Assembly: GCF_009834535.1 (NCBI RefSeq)
Contig: NC_045697.1
Location: 85,872,001-85,936,000, forward strand
Direction of reading: 5' to 3'
From: Camelus ferus
Taxonomy: Eukaryota
DNA length: 64,000 bases
Under the pieces are notes generated by a model. That model was given only the letters and a program-made list of their open reading frames with translations. It did no database searches and was not told the origin of the DNA. Below are positions 1-12,705 of the stretch, in pieces. A program made the position numbers and the translations under genes. Within the stretch, counting starts at the first letter, position 1; the number at the start of each line of letters is the position of its first letter.

Positions 1-99
1 ATTACTGTGGTAACTGAAATCCATGCCTATTAGAACCGTGAGGGTGAGGACTGCCTTACTGCTTTGCAAAATTACAAAGAACACAGGTGGTAGTTTAAG

Positions 100-417
100 G
101 AAACATTTAAGCTCAAAGGAGGATCTTTTTAAAGTGGGGAAAATTGCAGCTTGTTTGTATAATGGTAGGAATGCTCCTGAAGAGACGAGTAAGTGGGCGA
201 TAGAGAAGGAGGGGATATTTACAGGAGTTAACAACTTGTGTAGGCAAAAGAGGGTGGAACCCAGCACATAAGTGGAAGGTTGGTTTTAGGCAGAAGTACA
301 GTTTATCCATTTTAAATGCAAAGTAGAATATATGGGAATGGGGGTTGTAGGTGGTTGTTCTCTCACAAATGCTACTATTTTCTCGGCAGAATAAAAAGCA
401 AGCTCTTTTAATGAGAC
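100..417 (-). mobile_element. L2 LINE relic, split by the following L1 and resuming at about 1748-1830
   Basis: Purine-rich degenerate sequence resembling the antisense L2 body (gcttgtttgtataatggtaggaatgctcc); it continues after the L1 tail. Confidence 0.55.
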
Positions 418-1747
418 TAAAACAGAACAGTTGCATATAAATCAATAAAGTTAGAACACTCCCTCTTACCATACACAAAAATAAACTCACAATGACTTAA
501 AGATTTCAACGTAAGACGAGACACTATAAACCTCCTAAAAGAAAACATAGGCAAAACATTATCTGACATAAATCTCAGCAATGTTCTCGTAGGGCAATCT
601 ACCCAAGCAATACAAATGAAAGTAAAAATAAGCAAATGGAACCTAATTAAACTTATAAGCTTCTTCATAGCAAAGGAAACCATAAGCAAAACAAAAAGAC
701 AACCTACAGAGTAGAAGAAAATATTTGCGAAAGATGAGACTGATAAGAGCTTAATATCCAGAATATATAAACAGCTCATACAATTTAATAACAAAAAATA
801 AACCAACCAATCAAAAAATGGGCAGAAGACCTAAATAAGCAACTCTCCAATGAAGACATATAAATGGCCAACAGAAAAAATGCTCAATATCGCTAATTAT
901 CAGAGAAATGAAAATCAAAACTACAATGAGGTATCATCTCACACCAGTCAAAATGGCCATCATTCAAGTTCCACAAACTATAAATGCTGGAGAGGGTGTG
1001 GAGAAAAAGGAACTTTCCTACACTGCTGGTGGGAATGTAGTTTGGTGCAGCCATTATGGAAAACAGTATGGAGATTCCTCAAAAAAACTAAAAATAGACT
1101 TACCATATGATCCAGCAATCCCACTCCTGGACATATATCCAGAGGGAATTCTAATTCGAAAAGATACATGCACCCCAGTATTCATAGCAGCACTGTTTAC
1201 AATAGCTAAGACATGGAAACAACCTAAATGTCCATTGACAGGTGACTGGATAAAGAAGTTGTGGTATATATACACAACAGAATACTACTCAGCCACTTGC
1301 TGAGTAGTAACATAATAATGCCATTTGCAGCAACATGGATGGACCTGGAGATTGTTATTCTAAGGGAAGCAAGCCAGAAAGAGAAAGAAAAATACCATAT
1401 GATATTACCTATATGTGGAATCTAAAAAAAGACAAATTACATATGAAAGAGAAACAGACTCAGATGTAGAAAACAAGCTTATGGTTGGAGAGGGAGGGAT
1501 GAAGGTAGGAAGGGATAAATTGGGAGTTCAAGATTTGCAGATACTAACTACTATATATAAAACAGATAAATAACAAGTTTATACTGTATAGCACAGGGAA
1601 CTATATTCAATATCTTATAGTAACTTATAATGAAAACGAATATGAAAATTAATATACATATGTGTATATATATGTATGACTGAACTATTATGCTGTACAC
1701 TAGAAAATGACACAACACTGTAAACTGACTATACTTCAATAAAAAAA
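418..1747 (+). mobile_element. 5'-truncated LINE-1 (ORF2 C-terminus, 3'UTR, A tail)
   Basis: ORF2 motifs [14 protein letters not shown] and YDPAIPLL broken by frameshifts; 3'UTR ends acttcaataaaaaaa. Confidence 0.95.
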
Positions 1748-2348
1748 GAAGGAATAGGAAATAGTAAAGCCTTGAGGAAAGAAGAAACTGTGCAACTATA
1801 TGTCTTGGAGAGGGAGAGTGAATTGGTAATGGAAATAAAGATTTCTAAACCCTCTTAGAGTCACTCAAGATCAGGACCAAAAAGAGACCTGCCAGGTTCC
1901 TCTGTTATTCCCATTAAGTACATAATAGTCCAGGAAATGGAAAGCAAACCCAAGAAAGTTAAGTTACAGTTATAAAAATAAATAGAAAAATACATTATTG
2001 ATTTGCTCTGTTTCAGTTATTTAACGTCAAACTGAATTGAAAATAAATATTTCTTTGAGAATTTTGAAGCAAGATACCCACAAATCAAATAATTTCTTTG
2101 TTCTTTCACCTAAATTTATATGGTTTTCTGACTTTATTTTCCATACTGTGACTTCCATATAAATCCAAAAATTTATAGCAATTGAGTAGAATTTGAGTTG
2201 AAGATGAAATGCAGTAAAATAAATGAACTAGACGAAAATTCAGAAGTCAGACTAGTCCAATGCATAGACCACATGGTAAAAAGTCAATAAAGCAGCTGTA
2301 TCTCTCATTCAGGTGACAATCACCACAGAACAATTTAAAATGCAGTGA

Positions 2349-3112
2349 ACTGGAGAGGCTGTGGAGAAAAGGGAACCCTCCTACATTGCTGGTGGGAATG
2401 TAGTTTGGTGCAGCCACTGTGGAAAACAGTATGGAGATTCCTCAAAAGACTAGGAATAGACTTACCAGATGACCCAGGAATCCCACTCCTGGACATACAT
2501 CCAGAAGGACCCTACTTCAAAATGACACCTGCACCCCAATGTTCATAGCAGCACTGTTTACAATAGCCAAGACATGGAAACAGCCTAAATGTCCATCAAC
2601 AGATGACTGGATAAAGAAGAAGTGGTATATTTATACAATGGAATACTACTCAGCCATAAAAACTGACAACATAACGCCATTTGCAGCAACATGGGTGTTA
2701 CTGGAGAATGTCATTCTAAGTGAAGAAGGCAGAAAGAGAAAGAAAAATACCATATGAGATCGCTCATATGCGGAATCTAAAAAAAAAAAAATACAAAACA
2801 GAAACAGACTCATAGACATAGAATACAAACTTGTGGTTGCCAGGGGGACAGAGGGTGGGAAGGGACAGACTGGGATTTCAAAATGTAGAATAGATAAACA
2901 AGATTGTACGGTGTAGCACAGGGAAATATATACAGGATTTTGTGGTAGATCACAGCAAAAGAGAATGTGACAATGAATGTATGTACGTTCATGTATAACT
3001 GAAAAATTATGCTCTACACTGGAATTTGACACAACATTGTAAAATGACTGTAACTCAATAAAAAAAGTATATATATATATTTTTAAAAAATAAAAAATTA
3101 AAATAAATAAAT
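2349..3112 (+). mobile_element. 5'-truncated young LINE-1 with target-site duplication
   Basis: TSD taaaatgcagt at 2336-2346 and 3112-3122, TT/AAAA endonuclease site, ORF2 end, 3'UTR and A-rich tail. Confidence 0.95.
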
Positions 3113-3339
3113 AAAATGCAGTAAGACTTTGACGTCCTCCTAACAAAGGTACTTTATACCTTTCTGAGAGCAAAGTAGGGTTTAACAAAAAGAATCAACC
3201 TAATCTAAGAAGTTGAGCTGCAAATAGTTCATCTCTATAAAACAAAACACCCACTCTTCAGAATTCTACCCATCTCCTTTATACAACTTCAAACTTATTT
3301 TTAGCAGCTCCAAGTGAAGCCCAAGGGAATGGCTACCCC

Positions 3340-3960
3340 ACCATTTTTCAACACTCCAGGCTCTTCCTTACCTCGTGAGCTTCCACACATGCTGCTCCCT
3401 CTGATGACACTTCACCCCATTACTTCTTTTAGTTGGATCCTGTGCAACTTTTGGATCTCACCATAAATGTTATTCCCTCAAAGACCTTTCCTTCATTCCC
3501 CAACTAATTTAAGTTTCCCTCCCTCATCTGGCAGATACAAACTACTATGTACAGAATAGATAAACAATGTCCTACTTTATAGCATAGTGAACCATATTCA
3601 ATGGCTTGCAGTAACCTGTAATGAGAAAGAATATGAAAAAGAATATATATATTTATATGTATAACTAAATCACTATGCTGTACACTAGAAACTAATACAA
3701 CATTGTAAACCAACTGTATTTCAATGTTTTTAAGTTTAAAAAAGTTTCTCTGTCTTCTCAAAACATCTTATACTTTTACTTCATAGAACATAACGTGATT
3801 TGTAATCAAACATTTATTTGCTTAACATCTGTGGCTCCTACTGGAGTATAAACTACATGAAGGCAGGACTAAGTATGACTTATTCACCATGGCATGGACC
3901 ATTGCTAGCTCAGTGCTTGGAACATGGTAGTCAAGAATAATTATTTGCAGAAAAAGTGCA
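3340..3960 (+). mobile_element. L2 3' end interrupted by a short L1 3'UTR fragment (about 3521-3740)
   Basis: L2 terminus ctcagtgcttggaacatggtagtcaagaataattatttg; the L1 piece is flanked by aagtttccct and aagtttctct. Confidence 0.75.
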
Positions 3961-4129
3961 GTATTCACCAATAAGTATGGTGCGTTTCACAGAAGACCAG
4001 AATCAGAGGCAGAGTATTGTTTTCATGAGTCTGAAGGCTTTGAAGAACAAAATTAAGGAGGGAAAGAATGGAAGCAATTCAACTACTTCTTGAGTGCAAA
4101 AAGTTAGCACAGGGTCCTAACAAGTGGCT

Positions 4130-4282
4130 AGAAGACACAGCTGGGAGTCAAATGACTTCAGATTCATGACTCATGGCCCTGTCTCTTAATAGCCATTGTG
4201 ACTTTGAGAAAGGAACAACCTCCCTTGACCTCAAATCTTTTTATCTGAAAAATGAGAGAGGGGCACCAGGTGATATCTAAAG
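4130..4282 (+). mobile_element. MIR SINE relic
   Basis: Core-like gtgactttgagaaagg...cctcaaatcttttatctgaaaaatgag. Confidence 0.6.
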
Positions 4283-4954
4283 AGAAGGCATCCCTCTTCT
4301 CGTTTTTCAGATGCAAATTGCCACAGTATAGTTAAGCAGTCCTTATGCTTTGAGAGTCATAGAAATCTGATTTACACAAGCACACACAAAATAATTTTTT
4401 TTAATCTCTAGAGTTTTACTTGATTATTCAGAGCCCCTTGCTTTACTTTAGATAGCTAAGTTACCCACCTGACTGCATCTTAAGATGACTGAATTGAATT
4501 TCCCATTTTATCCTTCTATTTTATGTCATAATGAAGTTCTCATATGGAAACAAAGACAGTTGTATCAGTACAAATGCAAACGTAATCTCTTTTATTATGT
4601 GGCATTATTAAAGTGAGACTATGTACATACAGGTTTGCTTCCCAGCAAATCAAAAAAGTGATTCAATTTTTAAAATATGTTTCATCTTTTCCAATCAAGA
4701 TTTCAGAATGCACATTTCTGAGGTATGCTTAAGCAGTATTTGTGCTTGAGTTTTCCCTGTGTTTTGATTACCAGCTTAGCTACAAAAAGTTGCATTGGCT
4801 AGGGCTCTTAGAATTGGTAATGAAGAGAGCAATACACTTTCATTTCACTTCATTTTTTACATACCACCATCAATAACCAAATGAAATCTGAAAGGATCTA
4901 ACTTTCATCAGTTCTTTAAGAAAGAACACATCATCTTGTAAAAAAAAAATCTGT

Positions 4955-5130
4955 AAATTTGGAGGCAGAAAGCCTGGTTGGATTCCTGGTTGGAATCCTG
5001 GCTTTGTCATCTGCCAACTATACCACGTTAGGCTAGTCTATTAGCTCTTCTGAGTCCAGTTATCTCAACCTTAAATGAAGAACATGGGAGTAGATAAACT
5101 GTTAAATCTACTCTAATTCCAAAGATGTGG
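4955..5130 (+). mobile_element. MIR SINE relic
   Basis: ggaggcagaaagcctgg...gaatcctggctttgtca...tctgagtccagttatctca. Confidence 0.6.
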
Positions 5131-5149
5131 CAACATCTCTGTGGGCCCA

Positions 5150-5318
5150 GAAAACACGCTTCTGGTATCTGAGGGCTCTTCAGATACACACAGATGCTGG
5201 GTTCTACTGCAGTCCTACTGAGTCAGAACTGCCTGGGGAAGAGGACCAGAGCATCTGGATCTTATAAAAGCTAAACAGGTATTTCTGATGTGCACCCCTG
5301 TCTAGGAACTGCACTAGG
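5150..5318. mobile_element. MER5-like hAT-Charlie non-autonomous DNA transposon
   Basis: cagatgctggg...ctactgagtcagaac...caggtatttctgatgtgcac, typical of MER5A/B. Confidence 0.6.
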
Positions 5319-5870
5319 AAAGCAGGGGCCAGAAGAGTGTTGTGAAGCCCCATAGACAGAGGTTGGGGGGTAGTTCAGAACTGAGAAGGAATCTTCCAAG
5401 AGGGCCTGCCTCTTCTAGGGGAGCCCCTAAGGCGAAGGGAAGTTCAAAAGGCAGCTTACCTTCAAGCGAAAGACAGAATCCAAGACCACAACAGAGGCAG
5501 AATCAAGTTAAAAAGCAAAAAAGAAAATTTGACAGATGGAAAATATCACAAGATTCAAATATAAGATATCTGCCCACACTGTAGGCTCTCTCTCAGGGCA
5601 GGACCAACAGGAGCCATAGTACTTCTGAATACCTGCTGGCTGGAAGCAAGAACAAAATGGTGATTTTTTTAGCTATGTTTCCTATGATCTATATATTACA
5701 CTAAAAATTTATCTTAAGGGCAGACTCTTTGTTTTGAGTGGAAGAGAAATTAGCTAATAAACTCTGGCTAGAGAGGTAAGCCATCTATAGTCTCTCTCCT
5801 TTGTCCTTGACATAATTTTGGATTTAGTGAGGGAATCCAAATGCAAATACTCCAGGCTAAAACATTAAAA

Positions 5871-6682
5871 CACATATACTTCATTTTTATTGAGTTTCAC
5901 TTTATTATGCTTTGCAGATAATTTTTTTTTTGTTTTTTTACAAATTGAAGTTTTGTAGCCACCATGCGTTGAGAAGTCTACTGGTGCCATTTTTTCAACA
6001 GCATTTACTCACTTTGTGGCTCTGTGTCACATTTTGGTAATTCTTGCAGTATTTCAAACTTTTTCATTATTATTATATTGTTTTGGTGATCTATAATTAA
6101 TGACCTTTAATGTTATTATTGTAATTGCTTTGGGGAGCCATGAACCATGCCCATATAAGACTGTGAACTTAATTGTTGAGATGACAGCAAAGAATTTAGA
6201 ATATGACAAACTAGTTGATAAAGTAGAGGAAGATTTGAGACCACTGACTCCAGTTTTGAAAGAAATTCTACTGTGGGTAAAATGCTATGAAATGTTACAT
6301 ACTACAGAGAAATTGTTTGTGAAAGAGTCAATTCATGTGGCAGACTTTGTTGTTGTCTTATTTTAAGAAATTGCTGCAGTCACCCCAATCTTCAGCAACT
6401 ACTGCCCTGATCAGTCAGCAGTCATCAACACTGAGGCAAGACCCTCTACCAAAAATAGTATGACTGGCTGAAGGCTCAGATGACTTTTTAGCCATAAAGT
6501 ATTTTTAATTAAGGCCTTTACGTTGTCTTTTAGATTTAATGCTATTGCACACTTAATAGACTACAGTTTAAACATGACTTTTACATGCCCTAGGAATCCA
6601 AACAAGTCATGTGACCTGCTTTATTATGATATTTGCTTATCGAAGTGCTCTTAAATGGAACCCACAATATCTCCAAGGTGAT
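5871..6682 (+). mobile_element. Tigger1 (TcMar) internal-deletion derivative
   Basis: Tigger1 5' part (tttattgagtttcactttattatgctttgcagata) joined at about 6172 to the transposase C-terminus (VEMTAKNLEY) and 3' end aacccacaatatctccaagg. Confidence 0.9.
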
Positions 6683-7269
6683 AATGTAATGTAAAAGCTG
6701 CCCCATGGGGAGAATCCAGCATCACTGCAATTAATTTAAGGGATTTCTGATTTTCTCTAACAAGCCTGGAGATGTGGTTTAGAGCAGACATGACAATGAG
6801 GCAAGAGGGAAGACGAGAGCCCCAAGGGTAGTCCAGGCTCAGGGAGAGAGGCTGTCAGTGTGGGTCCCAGAGCAACACCTGACACTTAGCTGAAAACTTC
6901 CTGTCCTGGATTGTACTTCCTTCCTTTTGGACATCCTTACAGAATTCTGAATTTTGAAACCCAGAGTCACTTGTGCTTCTGAGAATGGAGATGGGCCCCC
7001 AAGTTGCCCCCTGGAGCATAGTCGCTGTAAAGAGAAGGCAAGAGGTGAGCAAACTGCTGTTGAAGGTAAGAAGTGATGATCAAGCAAATGTCAACGTTCC
7101 CCTAGAGCTGTCAGAAAGCACTTGGTTTGCTACAGCGACATGGGATGCAGGCTAAGTTATGTTATTTGGACGTTGAAGCAAAGGCCAACCCTGAGAAGAC
7201 AGGAAAAAAATTTAGTAATATTCAGGATTACCTTGGTGTTTTCTGTGCTTTGGCACCTATGGATCTTCA

Positions 7270-7470
7270 AAACACAGGAAGGCTTAGAGTCAAGAACAGT
7301 CATGGAGGTAGATTTAAGTTTGAAACCCAACTCTGCCAGGTGACCTTGAACAAGTTACTTAGCATCTAGAAGCCTCTGTTTCTTCCTGTTTAAAGTGGAC
7401 ATAATGAGAATTGAGGGAAAGGACGTGTGTAAAACACCCAGCATACAGGACACACTCAAGAAGTATTTTG
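7270..7470 (+). mobile_element. MIR SINE relic
   Basis: gtgaccttgaacaagttacttagcatctagaagcctctgtttcttcctgtttaaagtgg MIR core. Confidence 0.75.
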
Positions 7471-8007
7471 GCTTGGGTTTTAATTTTACCTGAATTTCAG
7501 TGAGAAAAGAATGTTAGATGCTTTTTCTGAAGTATTATAAGCCCCTTCAGCAGAGTGCCTAAATTCCTGGTCAAAAAGTCAGGGGGGAAAAAATGGGAGT
7601 GGAGGAGGTAGTCAGCAGTAAACTACCTTCAACGTGGTCTAAACTAGCTCTCCTTGTTTCTGACAAAGCACTGTGAAATGGCTGGCACTGCCGGGATGCG
7701 ATGACCTCCTCCATTCTCCCTTCTGCTTCCAGACAGGATAGCATTTACACCACCCCAGAGGGCCTATGTTTATTCTTAGAGCACACGGTGGGAAGGATTC
7801 CATCCGTTTCTTTAGGCACCCTTTCCTAAGCACAAGAGCCGTCCTTTTCAGAAAGTGCTGTTTTACTTTTAAGTTAATGTCTATGTTTACATAAAGAAAA
7901 AAGACCTGTGTGTTCATAAGAGTGAGCTTCTGATAATTTTAGAAAGTGGTATTGCAGCAAGTATCCTGAACACACCTAGATTTTGCGTCGCTAACCGCCT
8001 CTCATTT

Positions 8008-8430
8008 TATTCAGAACTCCTTCAAGGCAAGTGATAGAAAGCCAACTCAAATGACTGTGAAAAAAAAATAGGAAAATGTTGGCTTATATAATGGAGAGCC
8101 CAGGAGTTGGTCTACATTCAGGCACAATAAAAGCAGACATTCAAAACAACGTCCTTGAAGATCTGTCTCTGTCTCTATCCTTTGTTCTGCTTCCCTCTGT
8201 GTTAACATCAGTCTCTCTGGAATGTGCCCTCCTCACAGCTCCTGATCTCAGAAAGATGGGGCCACTTCTCTCTTCTCAACGTTCTCTTCAGACCCAATGA
8301 CAAATACCCCTTACTCCAGTCCTTTCTACACAATTCCCTACTGAGGGAGGGAGGTATAGCCAACAACAGCCAATGAGAAGCAAAATGCCTGCCCCCTCCC
8401 CCTGCCATCAGTCAAGATGAAGCTCTCTAC
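8008..8430 (-). mobile_element. MaLR (MLT1-type) solo LTR relic
   Basis: tcagaactccttcaaggcaagtgatagaaagccaactcaa matches the antisense MLT1 terminus. Confidence 0.6.
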
Positions 8431-9699
8431 AAAAACCTGAGAGCTGGAGGACACAGCTTCATCCTAGAGGCCGTAGTAGGTTCTCTGCTTTCTCTTCCTC
8501 CAGTTGAAGATGGCGGATTCTGAGCCACAAACCCTGGCTTATTGACCCAGTCATTTCCAGAGACAGAAGAAGCGGGGGAGGAGAAAACTTGGGCCAACCT
8601 CATGTAAGGAAGGAACTGTGAACAGCAACCCTTTCAATTACAAAGTGTCCCAGGGAGCAATCCCATCAGCTCCCCCATTCACGTGTTAGGGAGCAGGTGA
8701 GCAGGACTGAGCAAGCTGGAGAAGAGAACCTGGCAGAATGCTCCCCTAAAGCTTTATGCACCTCTCCCAGGGCTCAGCATGGTTTTGACATCACAAATAA
8801 GATATCCAATTTGGAACTATTTGAGGCTACAGTATAAGAAAAGGAGAACAACAGAATTGTGAACCATCCAAGCTGGAAGGGCTCCATTCCACCAAAGGTC
8901 CCCATCAAGCAAAGCCTGTCTGTCCCAGGGCTACATCCTGCCACAGTTCACTTCCCACTTCATTATAACCCAGCCTTCAAAAGAAGTAATTTGTCCTGGA
9001 AAGTCAGCACTCTGTGATCACTGCCTGCAGCCACAGCTTGCCATCGAATCTTGTTTTGGTTTTGTTCATTAACTTCAGGAATGGCATTTCCATTTCCGTA
9101 AGTAAACTGGCAGATCTGCATTTTCTCACTATTTGGAATCTAAACTAAGACTATTCCAAGTGTATCTATGAGATGCACGTTTCTTAATACACTTTTAGTT
9201 TCTCCTTCCCTCTTTTTTTTTTTTTTCTTTAATTTTCAAACTCTAATTTCCGTGACTAAGAGTGCCCACGTGGTCCACTTCAGTCTGACCTCCCATCTCA
9301 GTGCTGCTCAGCAACCATCCCCAGGGGAGGGTCCCCACCAAAGGTCGTTGTGCTGGTGCTTGTCATCTCTCTCTGAACCCACATCCGGTCCTCTTCCCCT
9401 CTGCTTTTCAGAGTAGCTAGATGCCATTCGTCCAGTATGAACACTGTCAACTTCTCTTTCCTGTCTCCAGATGTGATTAACATTTTCCCTGTGTCCTCTC
9501 TGCGTTCTGCCTCAGAAGGGCCTCTCTGTTTCCAGGCTGACGGCTCCTCACGTGTTCCTGATCTCATCCTCTCCATGTGTGCTCTCACTCTCTCCTCTGC
9601 CTCCCCTCTGGCAGGTATCCTTCAGCCTAGAAATGGGCTCAAGTCTCTCCAGTGAAAAAGCCGAACAATTCAATAAGTACAATATGAAACCTTGCCTCA

Positions 9700-10790
9700 G
9701 ATAATACTTTTTCCTTCAGGCCATCATTTCCTCTCTTTCCAGTAAGGGCCAGGCTGCTTAATACAGTCATCTTCCTTTTCTCTTGACCACATCTCACCTC
9801 TGGTTTGCTCCTCACTGTTGTAATCAGCTTCTACAAATCTATTCTTTTCATTCTAGTCCTCATCCCACCCTTCATCCCAGTTAATTTTCATGAGGACAAA
9901 GACCTTGCAACCATTTTGTCCCAGCACAGATTTGATGCTCAATTTGTATCTGTTCACTTAATAGTAACTACTGGATGCTGTTAATCACTTCTTTGATTTC
10001 ACCACTATCCTGGCTCCTCAGACATCATAAAGCTCTGGTTTCTCTCTGCTCCCCTCCCTGTCCGGTCCTTCTCATTCTCCTTATCTGAGTCCTACCCACT
10101 GAATGTAGACATTCCCTGGGATTCTTTTCTTGGCTTTTTTTCTCATCCATTCTCTCTAATGACACAAACATCATTCCCAAGATTTCAAATCTCATATACA
10201 TTTGGATGACTCCCAAATTTAGCCTCTCTGAGCCTAAATTTTCCTTAATTACAATCATTATTTCCTACAGCAGATGTTCTGCCTTTAGTTGAATCTGCCC
10301 ACCCCTCAAGTCTTTATCTCCCCCTCCCTAAGCCTACTGGTCCCCCTGCATTCCCTACCTCCACTCCTGGTATTGCCATTTTCCCAGGCAGTGGGCTGGC
10401 CCCCTTCTGCCTCTCACATCTGTATAGATTATAAACCTGGTACTGTAATAGACACTGAAAATACAAACATGGAAATTATCTGGGGCCTGCCTGCCTTCCC
10501 AGGATATTATAGTCTATTCAGGTAGACCAAAACTTGAACATGTAACTTCTGTGAGATGAAGATGACAATGATGGAGGCGTGTCCCTGAGGCCATCAGAGC
10601 ACATAGAAGCTCATTACCATCTAGTATGGTGGAGGTAGGAAAGGAGTCTTGAGGAGAACAGTCATTGGAAGTTTTTCTAAGGATATAAGCTCTGATTTGA
10701 GTCTTGAAGGAGGGGTACTAATTAGGTAGGTAAATGGATGAGATGCAGAGAGGATAATTTATCACAGTGTGTGATGAACACTCCCATCAG
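9700..10790. mobile_element. Cluster of L2 fragments (plus strand to about 10400, minus strand 10420-10790)
   Basis: ggatgactcccaaatttagcctctctgagc and the antisense L2 tail (ctggtactgtaatagacactgaaaataca...gatttgagtcttgaagga). Confidence 0.65.
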
Positions 10791-10809
10791 AATAGGGGAC
10801 ATACACAGG

Positions 10810-11200
10810 AATCCTGCTTAAGAGGCCAGAATTTGAAATCAAATCTGCTATGTGTCTTGCCCTGTTGTTCTCTAATGGAGAACCGTGACATCCCTCCATC
10901 ATCAGGCATGTTTATATCTATTATGCAAGGCTATCCACAGATGACCTGTAATAACAAGACCTAGCATACAGTAAGTACACACTATGTGCCTATCATGCTC
11001 TAAGTGCTTTTCTTCTTTAACTTAATTGTTTCTCAGGACAACCCTGTGAAGTAGGAATTATTAAACTGAGGCCCAGAGAGATTTAGTAACTTGCCTGCTA
11101 ACAAATCTGTTAGCCAACAGCTGACAGACCGCAGAGCTATGATATGAGCCCAAGCCCTCTGACTAGCAGTCTGTACTTCTATGCATTGTACTGTATTGCC
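10810..11200. mobile_element. MIR fragments in both orientations
   Basis: acaaccctgtgaagtagg...aaactgaggcccagagagatttagtaacttgcc. Confidence 0.7.
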
Positions 11201-11746
11201 TCCCTTTTGGTTTATAGCATTTTGTCTTCTCCTTCACTCTTGTAAGGTGTATGTAATTTCGGTATCTGTTTATCAGAAAAAGACCCAAGAGATACCCTTT
11301 GTGCCAAGATATCAAAAACGTCTGTTCCCTAACTGAAAATTTAAGGGTTCACAAGAAGGTTCTCTATGCAACATATGCCAAGTGATCTAAATAAAGATCT
11401 GAATAAAAAATAACTACAAAATGTATGGAAAGATTGGCAGACTTGTCCTCATATCTTTCCTGATAATGATCTGACATTTGTCATGAGCTGTGGGTTGTTA
11501 TGGTGATGAAAGAAGGTTGAATTTTGATGGAACCGCAAAATGATAAAATGTGGAGAGGGCTTTTTTTTAATATATATAACCATTCACCCAAATGTACCTA
11601 CTTCAACAGTGTCAGCAAATGTCTTTACATCAGAAAATACTCTAAAATTCTCTAGACTGATCAACTGATTTTCTCTTCTCCAAAGGAACACCAGAGTTAA
11701 TAGAAGTCCAGAGTTAATATAAAAGTACAGTTGCAGAAACTATTTT

Positions 11747-12380
11747 TTTAATTGAAGTATAGTCAGTTTACAATGTTGTGTCAATTTCTGTTGCACATAT
11801 ATATAATAGTTCTATCATACATATATATACATATATATATGTTTTCATATTCTTTTTCATTACAGGTTACTAAAGATATTGATTGAATCCTTCTCAAACT
11901 CTTCCAAAAGTTTGAGGAGGAGGGAACACTCCCACACTCATTCTATGAAGCCACAATCACCCTGATAACAAAGCCAGACGAAGACACTACCAAAAACGAA
12001 AACTATAGGCCAATATCATTGATGAACATAGATGCAAAAATCCTCAACAAAATATTAGCAAACAGAATCCAACAACACATAAAAGAGATCATATACCATG
12101 ATCAAGTTGGATTCATCCCAGGAACACAAGGATGATTCAACATACGCAAATCAATCAACGTGATTCACATCAACAAGAGAAATGACCAAAATCACATGAA
12201 CATCTCAGTAGATGCCAAAAAAGCATCTGATAAAATTCAATACCCATTTATGATAAAAACTCTAACCAAAGTGGGTATAGAGGGAACATATCTCAACATA
12301 ATAATACCTATTTACGACAAACCTACAGCCAGCATAATACTCAACAGTGAAAAGTTGAAAACCTTCCCACTAAAATTCAA
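11747..12380 (-). mobile_element. LINE-1 with 5' inversion (minus-strand 3' end 11747-11883; inverted ORF2 RT segment 11886-12375)
   Basis: Both parts are enclosed by TSD aaactatttt at 11737-11746 and 12381-12390. Confidence 0.85.
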
Positions 12381-12663
12381 AAACTATTTTAAATTAGATT
12401 TTAATGGAGTGTCAAGTACAAAACATGTGGCATGAGACATGAAACAGAACCTATGCCTTTTAAGGTATACTGAGGAGCTTGTACTTTAACCTACAAAACT
12501 GAGGCCGGTTAAGTTACTTCCTAAAGATCACATTAGTTAGGGACAGAGCAAGCCTTCAATCTGTTTTGTCAGCCATGACTCCTATATCAGAGTCCAGAAG
12601 CTAAGAACTGGAAGTAATTTTGGAAATCATCATGTTCATCCCTCCTCATTGTCTCTTTTCTTA

Positions 12664-12671
<8 letters not shown>

Positions 12672-12702
<31 letters not shown>
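12672..12702. repeat. (AT)n microsatellite within MIR-like DNA
   Basis: Perfect dinucleotide run following an A run. Confidence 0.95.

Positions 12703-12705
<3 letters not shown>

Noticed and set aside
2646..3188. 180-aa hydrophobic minus-strand ORF
   Set aside because: Antisense of an L1 3'UTR and tail; a common artefact
6100..6366. 88-aa ORF as a domesticated transposase
   Set aside because: Spans the deletion junction of a degenerate Tigger1 and lacks the DNA-binding and DDE domains
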